A stretch of DNA of 64,000 nt. It comes from Bugula neritina. Taxonomy: Eukaryota; Animalia; Bryozoa. Position 1 is the stretch's first letter. Every line of letters begins with the position of its first letter. Of the stretch, positions 1-12,200 are shown in pieces. The stretch lies in the NCBI GenBank assembly GCA_964035545.1, contig OZ037767.1:6588707-6652706 (forward strand), read 5' to 3'. Both the position numbers and the translations under genes were made by a program. The notes under the pieces are model-generated. The model was not told the origin of the DNA. It saw nothing but the letters and a program-made list of their open reading frames with translations, and made no database searches.

Positions 1-268
1 CTTACCAAAGGTACAACACAGTAGATATGATCTTCATGCTTTGCTTTCTGTATCTGACATGTTGTGTCTATTTTTCCGGCCATAAACTTAAAGTAATATG
101 CTTGTTACCATTTCCTTTAGCCTGTCCAATTATGCAGTTTTTTTTTTCATGGTACAACATTTTAGACTTGAGCATAACCTAGCTGTCCTGTGAAACAATG
201 TTGTGCTTGTAACTACCATTTAGTTGCTTCTCTGCATCTACACCCGAGACATGTAATATATATCACAG

Positions 269-3200
269 GTGCTGACCTTCTCGTTACCTTCAAACATTCG
301 CTAGCCGAGCTGGAGAAGAGGCAGCGAGAGCTGACTCTTGCCGAGAAGCTGTTTGACCTCCCTATCACGATGCACACACGTCTTGTGAAGGCGCAGAAAG
401 AGCTCGCTGACCTCACCAAGGTCTACGCTCTCTATAAAGATTTCACAGTAAGTAAACGAAAGGCAAAGTAAATCAAAGCTCAGTGCCATAAGCAATACAG
501 AGAAACATGGTCATGCTGTAATGTGCTACAATAGGGAATTACTGGACTGTTGCTTGGATATTTGAAGTGATTTCACCAATTCGCTAGACTTCATTGTACT
601 TCATTTATTACACACTCGATGCTCTAGTTTTTGGGATATACGAACCGTAATGGGTTTTTTTTTGAATATATGCATGTATATTTAGCTCATATGACAATGG
701 CGCTGTGCTTTAATGTTGCAGGACCCCCCTTCCAGTTTTTTTTGCTATGCATAGTTCAAATCAATAAAACTACCCCATATAGTAAGTTTTCAAGCAATTT
801 TGAGCAAACTCTAATTTTAGGTCCTAATTTGCTGATGTGTGCTAAATAAAGTAAAATGATCTATTTGAATACTGTTGTAGATTTTACTTCTGTGAGTTTA
901 GTAACAGTGTCTAGACCAGAGGTGGGCAACTGGGGACCACTGTGGCCTTTTACCCAAATTTCAGTGGCCCTTTTAATGCTCAAAATAAGGAAAAACTGTT
1001 ACATGCATTCTGATTAGCTCAGCATAGGTTTGGTGACAAATTACTTCATCATAATAAAATTTAATATGTGTGCAGTCATGTGGCCCTTCATTTTGGCTGA
1101 CTTCTAAAATTGGCACTCATGCAAAAGAAGTTGTCCACTCCTGGTGTAGACTTTGACCAGAACTCGTCTTGCAGGACAGTAAGCTAAGATGGAGTGATAC
1201 TCTGTGGATCAACTTGGACATGAAAGTCTTAACGGACGGCATTGAGGAGCTCATCAAACATATGAGACGCATGCCGAAAGATCTGAGACAGCTGCCTCTA
1301 GCCAAAGTCGTTGACGAGATGATGAAGGAGTTCAGAGATTCACTTCCATTGTTTGTGGACCTCAAGCACGAGGCACTGAGGCCAAGGTCGTCTTTTATTC
1401 TAATTTCCTCACTTGTGCATGCTCGTATCTCTTTGACTGAATATTACAAATTTGTTTGCTCTCTTAATGTACGATAATCTATAGCTTAGGATTGTAATAA
1501 GGTATTCAACACTAAGAGAATTGTATGGAAAATAGTTGAATGAATTTAATTATTTTGTTGACACAATATATGATAATTGTATTAAATTATTTAAATGGTG
1601 TGTAAGTTGGTCCATATATCCTTTGCTGCACACACTTCTCACCCACCTATAAAGGAACAAACTTAGCTAACTCAACTAATATGGAATAATCCTAATGAAA
1701 TTGGTAACAGTTGGTAAACTTGTTTTGTTCTAATAATCACGTCAGGTTTATTTCTTATATTGTCTATGCACAGGCATTGGGAACAGCTGATGGAGAAAAC
1801 TGGCCAATCATTTGACATCAACCCGGATACGTTCACTCTCCAGAACGTGTTTGCCATGGAGCTGCACCAGTTCAAGGACCCTATCAGTGATATCGTGGCT
1901 TCTGCTCAGAAAGAGCTCAGCATTGAAAAGGTAGTAGTCTGCTGTATTGATAGCATTCACCTGCTGCTCTACATTCCTGTGTTATCTTTTTGTTATAAGT
2001 GGCTAGGTTACTCTCTCATTGCAATGTAGTGTTGTCTTACTCGCTGCTGTAATTCTAGCCTAATGGCAGCCATATTTAGACTGCTACGAGCTACTGTTCA
2101 TACATTACTCGATCACCATGCATGAGGTTACATAAATAATCAGAGTTTATACTCTTGCAGGGTCTCAAGGAGATAGATGAGCACTGGAAGCACATAAAGT
2201 TCACAGTTGTGAAGTTTATGAAAGGTACGCTGGACAGAGGATACATTCTGGGTGGAACTGAAGATGTGATGGTACTACTAGATGAGCATATCATGAACTT
2301 ACAGGGAATGTCTGCCTCGAGATTCGTCATCCCTTTCCGCAACACTGTGTATGGCTGGGAGAAAAGCCTCTCTCATATATCCGAGGTTATAGAGGTGTGT
2401 TTACAAGCGTGTGTTTCCCTTTAGTTGATCATGTTGTAGAGAAAGAATAGAAAGGCCAGATAAATCGCTGCCACTTTTCTAGAGTTTTCTAATGATGCAA
2501 ATAGCACCATTCAACAAAAACTTTAATAGGACATTTCCCTAACTTTTGCAAGCATATTTACAGACTCCTCTAAAGTTTAAATTTCAAGTAAATCTTTCCA
2601 ATTATTTTAAATAGGTCAATGAAAAAATATTTTAATGTCATCTGATTCATCATATTGGTTTCAAATTTAAAATGTTCTGTGCTTTAGTTGTGCCTTGTAT
2701 AAATGATTTGAATATTGACTTATATACTAGGCTTGGCTACAAGTACAGCGCAAATGGATGTATCTGGAAGGTATTTTTCTTGGAGGGGATATTCGAGCTC
2801 AGCTTCCGGAAAGTGCTAAAAGGTTTGACAGAATTGACAACACATTTAGAAAGGTTGGTGGTGTACATGTTAGCTACTGAATAGTGTTTATACTCATGGG
2901 TCAAGGTTGAGTCGCTTCTTTTGTCTGTGTCTATAGATTCAGAATGAGACTGCGAAGAACCCAATAATACGGCCTGCATGCCATGCTCCCAATAGACTAG
3001 AGGAATTGAGACAGATTGCTGATGGTTTGGAACTTTGTCAAAAATCCCTCAACGACTATCTGAACACGAAGCGTAATGCTTTCCCGCGATTTTTCTTTAT
3101 CTCAGACGATGAACTGCTGAGCATTCTGGGTAGCAGTGACCCGAAGTGTGTACAAGAACACATGATAAAGGTGGGTCTTCCTATTGAAAACACTGAAATG

Positions 3201-6200
3201 TATGATTGCTTATTTATCATATTTTAATCCAATGATTTATTACCCGTTTTTCTGCATGCGACATGTTTTGTTCTTTAAGCTTGTGACAAGTTTATTGTCT
3301 GATAACACTATATATATTTATTACTAGTTGATGTGTTATATTCACTGGGAAAACAATTCTTTATTAAATTGTTATTTTCAGTTCATATTTATTGTGACTG
3401 TTGAAAATATTTTACTTTAGAGTTGTCATTGCATGTCTGCACTAATATTTTCTTGGTACATACTCGTTGGTTACCAGGTATGTGGATAGATTAAACTTTG
3501 AAGACATAGATTTTCAACTGCTTGTATTTCTACTAGATGTTCGACAACATTGCTTCCCTGGAGTTCAGTCACCCATCAGGTACAGGAAATGATCTCATAG
3601 TGACAGGTATGGTATCCTCTGAAGGGGAGGTGATGAAGTTCAGAGGTCATGTGACAGCAGAAGGCAGAGTGGAGGAGTGGATGACCAGTGTACTGTACGA
3701 GATGAAACGTACCAACAGACTCATCACCAAGGAAGCCATTTTCTACTACTGTCACCAGAGGACCAGGTTGGTACTTGATTGGATGTAGCTCTGTAGCTCT
3801 GGTGGTATGCACTTAAGGAATATTTTGGACTCTGATAATATGATATGTTACACTCACGCAAGTTTAAAGTCACTATCTCTGTGAGAACTCCTGATGAAAA
3901 GTGCTTTTTTGTTAATTTGGGCTATTTAGACCAAGCACAGAAGCAATTATGACTGGATGTTCTCCCTAACATCACCAATAGCCATTACTGGGGTTTGAAG
4001 CCATGACTACGTGTTTACTAAGCCAAACACTCTAGCCCCTAGACTATGGCCCCTCCTTAATAGTATGATATATATTGAGTACTTTTTGTCCACTTCTCTT
4101 ACTCCAGCATAGCATACTAGGCGGGAGTTGCTGAAGCCGTTGTTCACTAGATGTTCTCATCTACAGCAGTACACTATCTGCGATGCTCTTTATTGAAACA
4201 AGCAGCGTAGTTGTGCTGTATTTCAGTTCATACAATTTTATCATAGTAGAATATGCCCTCTCATAACATGCAACTAACTCGCTGTACTGTGTGATACGCA
4301 GAGTAGAGTGGATGCTGGAGTACCAGGGGATGGTGTGTCTGGCTGGTAACCAGATCTGGTGGACGTGGGAGTGTGAAGACGTGTTCAACAGGATGAAGAG
4401 AAGTAAACACAAGTCTGGTATGAAAGATTTCGCTAAGAAGCAGCACAGACAGATTGATGACCTTGTAGTTAAGGTGAGCATTCTTCTATTTATTGGTTAA
4501 ATTGTACCATGAATAGTGAGATAAGGTTGCCAATGCATCATTTCTCTTGCTCTATAGTTTTTAAAGCGGAATTTGTAATAAGGCCGTGCATTATATCTGT
4601 TGGTAGGTGCGCTCTACATTGACCCCTAATGATAGAATGAAATTCAACACTGTTCTGATTATAGATGTGCATGCTAGAGACATCATTGATGCATTTGTGA
4701 GAGACAGGTGGGTTTCATTGACATCTCTTTATCTGCAGATTGTTAGACTCAGCTCCATAAGTGTATGCTTAGACATCTTTGCAAGCAGTTCTTCCTTTCT
4801 ATGGCATTATATACATTCACATACACAGTGCTTGTTATAGTGTCATGGACGCCAATGAGTTTGAATGGGAAAGTCAGCTGCGATTCTATTGGGTTCGAGA
4901 GGCTGACAACATGTACATCAGACAGTGCACTGGCGAGTTTGAGTACGGTTACGAGTACATGGGACTTAACGGGAGGCTGGTGATCACCCCCCTTACTGAC
5001 AGAATCTACCTCACTCTCACTCAGGCTCTCAGTATGCAGCTGGGAGGGGCACCAGCCGGCCCCGCTGGCACCGGAAAAACTGAGACTACCAAAGATTTGG
5101 CTAAAGCTCTCGGACTATTGTGTGTTGTCACTAACTGCGGTGAAGGAATGGACTTCTTGGTACGTGGGCTTTATATGTTATACATTCAATTTCTAATAAA
5201 CTCACGAGGGTTAATAGTCACTATCTCTGTGAAAACCTCTTGTGGAAGGATTTTTTATAAGTAGGCTAAAGACTTGTTTTCTATTAAAATAATTGTAACT
5301 AACTGCCTTTTCTAACATCACCAGTGGCCTTTACTGGGATTCAAACCACTGACCTCAGTGTTTACTAAGTCCATGTTTTAACCACTAGACTATTGATTCT
5401 CCCTGTTGATGAAATTTTCAAAATAGGAACATTATATGTCACACTGAGTACGTGTGATAGAAAGATGCAATTTTAAAGTATATGGGCAGAACTGCTTTAG
5501 GATATTGTGTTTAGTTTTGAGTTATGTCTACCTCTGCTTGTTGAATCACATGGCATTTCTGATATCTGAATAACTGCTCTGTGTGCAGGAAGGTGGTAAT
5601 CTGTTACAGGCTGTTGGTAAGATTCTCTCTGGCTGCTGTCAGTGTGGAGCCTGGAGCTGCTTTGATGAGTTCAACAGAATAGACGCGTCTGTTCTCTCCG
5701 TTATCTCCACTCAACTCCGCACCATACAGAACGCCCTTATACATAAACTCAACCGGTTTCTGGTAGGTCACATGGATACGGTAGTCGTATGCTTTACCGA
5801 GAATCTCTGGTTGTGAACATTTTTGATAGTCTAATTATTCAATTGTTATTGCAGCTGGAGTGACTTTTTAAGTTATCTAATTGAATCTCTAGCGTATGTG
5901 AGAGTAATATATGAGAATAATTTGTTAGTAATATAGATAGAGTATATCATAGTAATATATCTCTTTGGAGAGAAAGTAATATATCAATTATATAGGGGTA
6001 GTATATAAAACATATGAGAGTAATATATAGAATGTATAGAAGTAATATGCGTGAGTAAACAATAAATCTCTGATGAAGCCATGTGTTGAATTGTTTAGTG
6101 ATAGGGGTAAAGTATGGTACTTGATAACACTCTGTTAAACTTATGAAAGGTGTTTACAGTGATGGTTGTTGTAGTTTGAAGGTCAGGAGATCTCACTGGA

Positions 6201-9200
6201 TAATAGAGTGGGTGTCTTTATCACAATGAACCCAGGTTATGCGGGGCGTACTGAGCTACCCGAGTCCGTGAAAGCTCTGTTTAGACCAGTGGTTGTGATA
6301 GTTCCTGACTTGCAGCAGATCTGTGAGATCATGCTGTTCTCTGAGGGTTTCCTCAAAGCTAAGGTACCATTATTTGCTGTTTGTTATGGAAGTAATAATT
6401 TCTCTGCTAGTCTAATCTATAACAACGCAAATTCTGTCTCTGGTAGATGTACTGCAGTTGATAAAATCTGAACAAGCTGCTTTTATGTTCACAAATTCTA
6501 CGTTTTTTTAAAGCAAAATCATTTTTTATAGATGAGTAGAACATTTGCGCATTTTTCATGAATTTATTTTAAAATCCTTGTACAATAATAAAAAATGTTG
6601 CTTCCTCATTTCCTGTTACTTGTATCAACATAGCTTGAAAGCTGTCTTCTGCTATTGCTGGTTGGTTTTGTGCTTCCACGGCACTGTGAAACTCTTAATT
6701 TTTAAAAATATTTTTTTCAGCTCATTTGCTTTCTTAACTTTATTATTATCTATACTTCATTGTGAACAGTAGGTATTGATGTCTTCTGCATGTCTCACCA
6801 CATGTACTCACTGCTGTAGATGTTGGCCAAGAAGATGACTGTGTTATATAAACTGGCCAAGGAGCAGCTCTCTAAGCAACACCACTATGACTTTGGCCTG
6901 AGAGCATTGAAATCAGTTCTTGTTATGGCGGGGGAGCTGAAGAGGAGCTCCGACAAACTCGCTGAGGTTGGCACTTATACCCGTGAAGCAAGTTTGACAA
7001 AATGTTTCCTTAAAATGAATAGAATTCTGTTAAAAAGTCAATTTATCTCAAGAGTGTTTTTCATTCCACTGACGTCTAGTGAGATGTATATACTGTGTGT
7101 TGTATATTCCACTGATGTCTAGAAAGATGTGTATACATTGTATGGTGTAACCCAGTGATGTCCAAAGATATGTGTATGTGCTATGTTTATTATTCTACTG
7201 ATATCTATAGAGACGTGTATACACTGTGTTATAACCCATTGATGTCTAGAGAGATGTGTATAAAGTGTGTTGTATAACTCACTGATGTCTATAGTGATGT
7301 GTATATAGTGTGTTGTATAACTCACTGATGTCTATAGTGATGTGTATACAGTGTGTTGTATAACCCACTTATGTCTAGGATGTGGTTTTGATGAGAGCCC
7401 TCAGAGATATGAATCTGCCGAAGTTTGTCTTTGAGGATGTGCCCCTCTTTCTCGGACTTATCGGGGATTTGTTCCTCAACCTGGACTGCCCCCGAGTGCG
7501 CTACCCTCAGTTTAATGATGCTGTAGAGCAGGCTCTCACTGACTCTGGCATGATTCTACTGGATGACCAAGTGGACAAGGCGTGTTATTAATTATTTATA
7601 TTATTTTATATTATATTATATTGAAGTTTAGTTATAGGGTTTATTCATAATATATATTACATTATGTGTTAACATATTATACTGTGTTCAGTTATATTGT
7701 ATTATTTTATGTGTTGAAAAGTGTATCCCAAAGTGCTGTATGGGTTGGTATGGTGTTGTAAATGTAGTAGTTGGTTTGAATCAAGAGAAAGATGTAACCT
7801 TAGCTGTATCATTGTATTGTTGGAGCATATGTTCCCTTGCAATGGTGTTATGAGCTGCCATATCATTATCAAAACCCAAGTATATAGCACAGGCATATTT
7901 ATTGGTTTATAAGCAGCAAGCATTAAACTTTTTGTTTCATATGCATCACATGAAACTTTAAAGTAATCAAATCAGGAGAAATTTTCTGTGCAGTTATGTG
8001 GATGTGTTGTAGATTTGTTATGGATATGTTGTAGGTAGTTCAGCTGTATGAGACAATGCTGACTAGGCATACGACGATGGTAGTGGGACCGTCTGGTGGG
8101 GGAAAGACCGTTGTGATCAACTCTCTGACATCAGCTCAGACACTGTATGTACCTTGTCACCTGTTGACACCTGTTGTCACCTGGTGTTACCTGGTGTCAT
8201 CTGGTGCCATATGTTGTCATCTTGTGCCATATGTTGTCATTTAAGGCCATCTGGTGTCTTCTGTTGTCATCTGTTGTCACTTGGTGTCACCTGGTGTTAC
8301 CTGGTGTCGTCTGGTGCCATATGTTGTCATTTAGTGTCATCTGGTATCACCTGTTGTCATCTATTGTCATCTGGTGTCAATTATTGTTACATGGTGTCAT
8401 ATGGTGTCACTTGGTGTCATCTGTCAGTATAATAATGAGCCAAAGAACCAACACTTGAACTATTGTAAAACTGTAACTTGTGATATTTCACGGGAATAGA
8501 AGTATTGGTTCGCTATCATTTTTTAATTCAGAATGAATATTCCGACTAAAGTGTGGACCATTAACCCTAAGGATCGGAGTGTGGTTGAGCTTTACGGAGT
8601 CCTTGACCCCAACACCCGTGATTGGACGGATGGCCTTCTGTCATCCATATTTCGGCTGATCAACAAGCCAAGTGATAAGAATGAAAGGAAGTACATTCTA
8701 TTTGATGGTGATGTAGATGCATTGTGGGTAGAGAATATGAACTCTGTTATGGATGACAATCGTCTGCTGACATTGGCCAATGGAGAGCGAATCAGATTAC
8801 AGAAACACTGTGCTCTACTGTTCGAGGTGTGTATGTTGTGACTAATACTAATGAATTTCTGGTGGATGTAGCACGTTAATCTCAGCAAAGCTGATGAATT
8901 TTAGAAATTTGTTCACAGCTGGTTTTTAGCTTTTAGGGCACCATTTTATAATATATGCAATTATTACCTTTAGAGTTGAATTTTAATATTGCGAATTTAT
9001 TTTTCATTGTATTTTTGATGGCATGACATTCCAATTTTAAATTGTGAAGAGATCATTTTTCTTTCAGCAATTTTGAAAGCTTTCCAATACATTTGTGCTG
9101 CTTCTATGAGTGTAGCATACAATCTCATTGTCCCAGCCTACTTCATTGCCTAGTATCTAGCCAACAGTACAATAACTTAATGATTATCTTATCTAATAGG

Positions 9201-12200
9201 TTGCAGATCTTCAATACGCCTCACCCGCCACTGTGTCTCGCTGCGGTATGGTATTTGTTGATCCGAAGAACTTGGGCTATGTTCCTTACTGGTTGAGATG
9301 GCTGAATGGTATGTATTTTTTTATGAAGTTCTTAGGCTACAATATTTGTGAATACTTTCTTTCAAATGCAATCCTTCACTCGTTTCCCGAGAGAAAATAG
9401 TTGTTCTATCACATACTATACCTGTGTGTGTGATACTCATTTTTAACTGCACTTCTTTGGCTGGCTTTTTCCTCATTTGAATTTTGTAATGAAACAAGTC
9501 ATAATACAAAGCATTATTCCCCATGTATAGGATGTTGTCATCCATTAATAAATGTATCTGATCCTCAAGTTTTGTATTTCCAAAGTGGAAGCATGTATCT
9601 CACACATTTTTATGGTGTGCATTGTAACGTTTTACACGCTGTGACAATCTTTGTTTCATTTAGTTTTCTGTTCATTTCATAAAATTGGGAATTTGAGCTT
9701 AATTTTGAGTTTGAGATTAAGTTATTTATTTCGTAATAGACACAATGATATTTTATACTTTCCGTTTTGGCTTAGGGCGGAACCAAAAAGAAGCAGTTTC
9801 TCTTCAGAAGCTGTTTGATAAATATGTGCACTCAGCTATTGACATGATCCTGAGTGGCTTGGTGGATGGGAGACAGGAAGAGCGACTTAAGACTATCATA
9901 CCATGCAGCAGCTTGAACATGGTGAGTTGTGGTGAGGGCACCATCCTACTGTGTCATCATATGTCACCTTCTATATGCTCTCTGCTGTAGGTCACTCAAC
10001 TCTGCTATATGCTCTCTGCTGTAGGTCACTCCACTTTGCTATATGCTCTCTGCTGTAGGTCACTCAACTCTGCTATATGCTCTCTGCTGTATTGAAAATT
10101 GCCCCGCATGCTGAAAATATAGATGATGAAGAGCGGGAGAGTTTCTTCCTCATGGCCCTCTACTGGTCACTTGGAGCTTCTCTCGTAGAGTCCAGTCGTG
10201 TCCGCTTTGACAAGTTTGTCAGAAGAATAGCCACCTTCTCCGAAGTCCCGGAAGGCAAACTTCCTTCCGTCGGTTAGTTTTCTGTTGAGAAGCATATTTT
10301 ATTATTCACTGGTCAGTCAGTGTGATATAATATTGTCTTTGCACATTGAAACCACGATATACTGTAGCCACAACAGTAGTAGTGTAAGTGTTTACTCATT
10401 GCAGGTGAACTGCCGGCCAATGATGGCAGCTTCTACGACTACTACTGGAGTTCTGAGAAGAGATTTTGGATTCCATGGATAAAACTAGTTCCAGAATATA
10501 TTCATCACCCTGGGGTACGTGCCTCAATACCCCCTCCTCTTATTCCTTAGCATCTAGTTTACTTGTTTTTGTATCTATTTGGTGAAAGCCCCTTTTATAG
10601 AGTAACTGTGTGTATTGTTTTGCTCTACCAATATGTCTACTTTCTCAATGTATGCTCATAGTCTTAAAAGCATGTTTTATTAAATTACTTGATATAGTCT
10701 GAAGTAAACTTATGTTTACCTGCGCATGTGTACTGGTTGCAGGCAAGATTCAGTGAGATACTAGTACCTACTATAGACACTGTTAGGACTACCTGGCTGC
10801 TGAAACTAATGAAAGGTGAAGATAGGCCAGTGCTGCTGGTTGGAGAGACTGGAACTAGCAAAACTGCCACCATTCAGGCATTCAACAGGAATCTAGATGC
10901 GGAGAAATATGTAAGAATTCTCAGCATTTTCATTCTGTTTGTTCAAAACGTGGAACACATCGGCTAAAGCATCTACCTTCTCTGTCTATTAGATGTGACT
11001 GTCTATATATTTGATGTGACTGTCTATATCAGGGCTGTCCAACAGGCGGCCCGGGGGCCGGATCCGGCCCTCCAGCTATATTTGTGTGGCCCCCCAAGGT
11101 ATAGCAAGTGACAAATTTTTTTTATCAAATTTGCTGACTAGCCTGAAACAGCAGCACATAGGATAGTCGAGAGCATCCCACTAAGAATTTCTATTAAAAT
11201 GTAGTTTAAGTTCTTGTACAATACTGTTCTGTGGGTGGCATGCGTGTTGCCTACTTGTCATTGTTTAGCCTGAGATCAAACTACAACCAATAACAGCAAG
11301 CTAGTCATTATAGTCTGTTAGCTAGCAAGCCTGTGACTTAGAGTAATGTAGACGCCTATATTATATGCTCATCTCTACGCGTTCACTGAAGTGTGAAGTG
11401 GTGCACAGTGCTTACTACTTTAGAAAGAAATATACCATTTCCAGTATATAAATCCACAATTCATATAAAATCTGAGTCATTGCTTTTTTATTCAGATATC
11501 ATTTTTCCTGCTAAGATATTTTACTGGTACGAAAAAAATCAACTTTTGAGGCAAAATTAGCCAAAAATGTGCAGTTTTTTTCTATAACTTTGCAAAAGAA
11601 TGAAAAAATTCCAAAAAAGTTGCACTGGGAAAAATAAGATTCACAACATAGTTTTAAAATTTTAATTCTAGTAGCCTACAATCAAATTAGATTGTTTTAC
11701 TGGTACTGAATTTGTACACAGTTACAATGCAAACCTCAGCAAGGCAGTTGCAGCTAAAAAGTTACCTGTAACTATCCTGTACAGACAGATATTTTAAAGA
11801 CATTTAATCAGGACTGGCCATATATAGGGACAAGACTTTTTTGAAAGTATAACTGAGATCTCACTTTTATTGACTGTATTGTGAAAGATAAGTAGTTGAA
11901 GAATCCCTGACACACTTCACTTATGCAATACTAAAATATTCTTATGTATATGTTATAGGTTTCATTTACATACTGTTTTAAGGTTAGATGCCTAAACAAT
12001 TTTGTTTTATAATGAGTTTTGTGCGAGTATGTACTGAAATGATTTGAGATTTGTAATTGCCTTGACCTTTGACCTTTGACTGCTTGTTAGATGCTGCACT
12101 GCAGAGCATTATCACTGAGACAGCTTGAAGGTTTGAACTTTCAACTTTCAGTCAAATAAAATACACAAAAATAGATACTACACTTGACTCACTATTCAGC

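Noticed and set aside
8154-8458. Cys/His-rich ORFs suggesting a metallothionein or zinc finger
   Set aside because: They are translations of an intronic 10-bp minisatellite.
10841-10864. P3 loop GETGTSKT with Ser in place of the usual Gly
   Set aside because: As I recall, this variant is normal for DNAH10-type heavy chains and is not a lesion.
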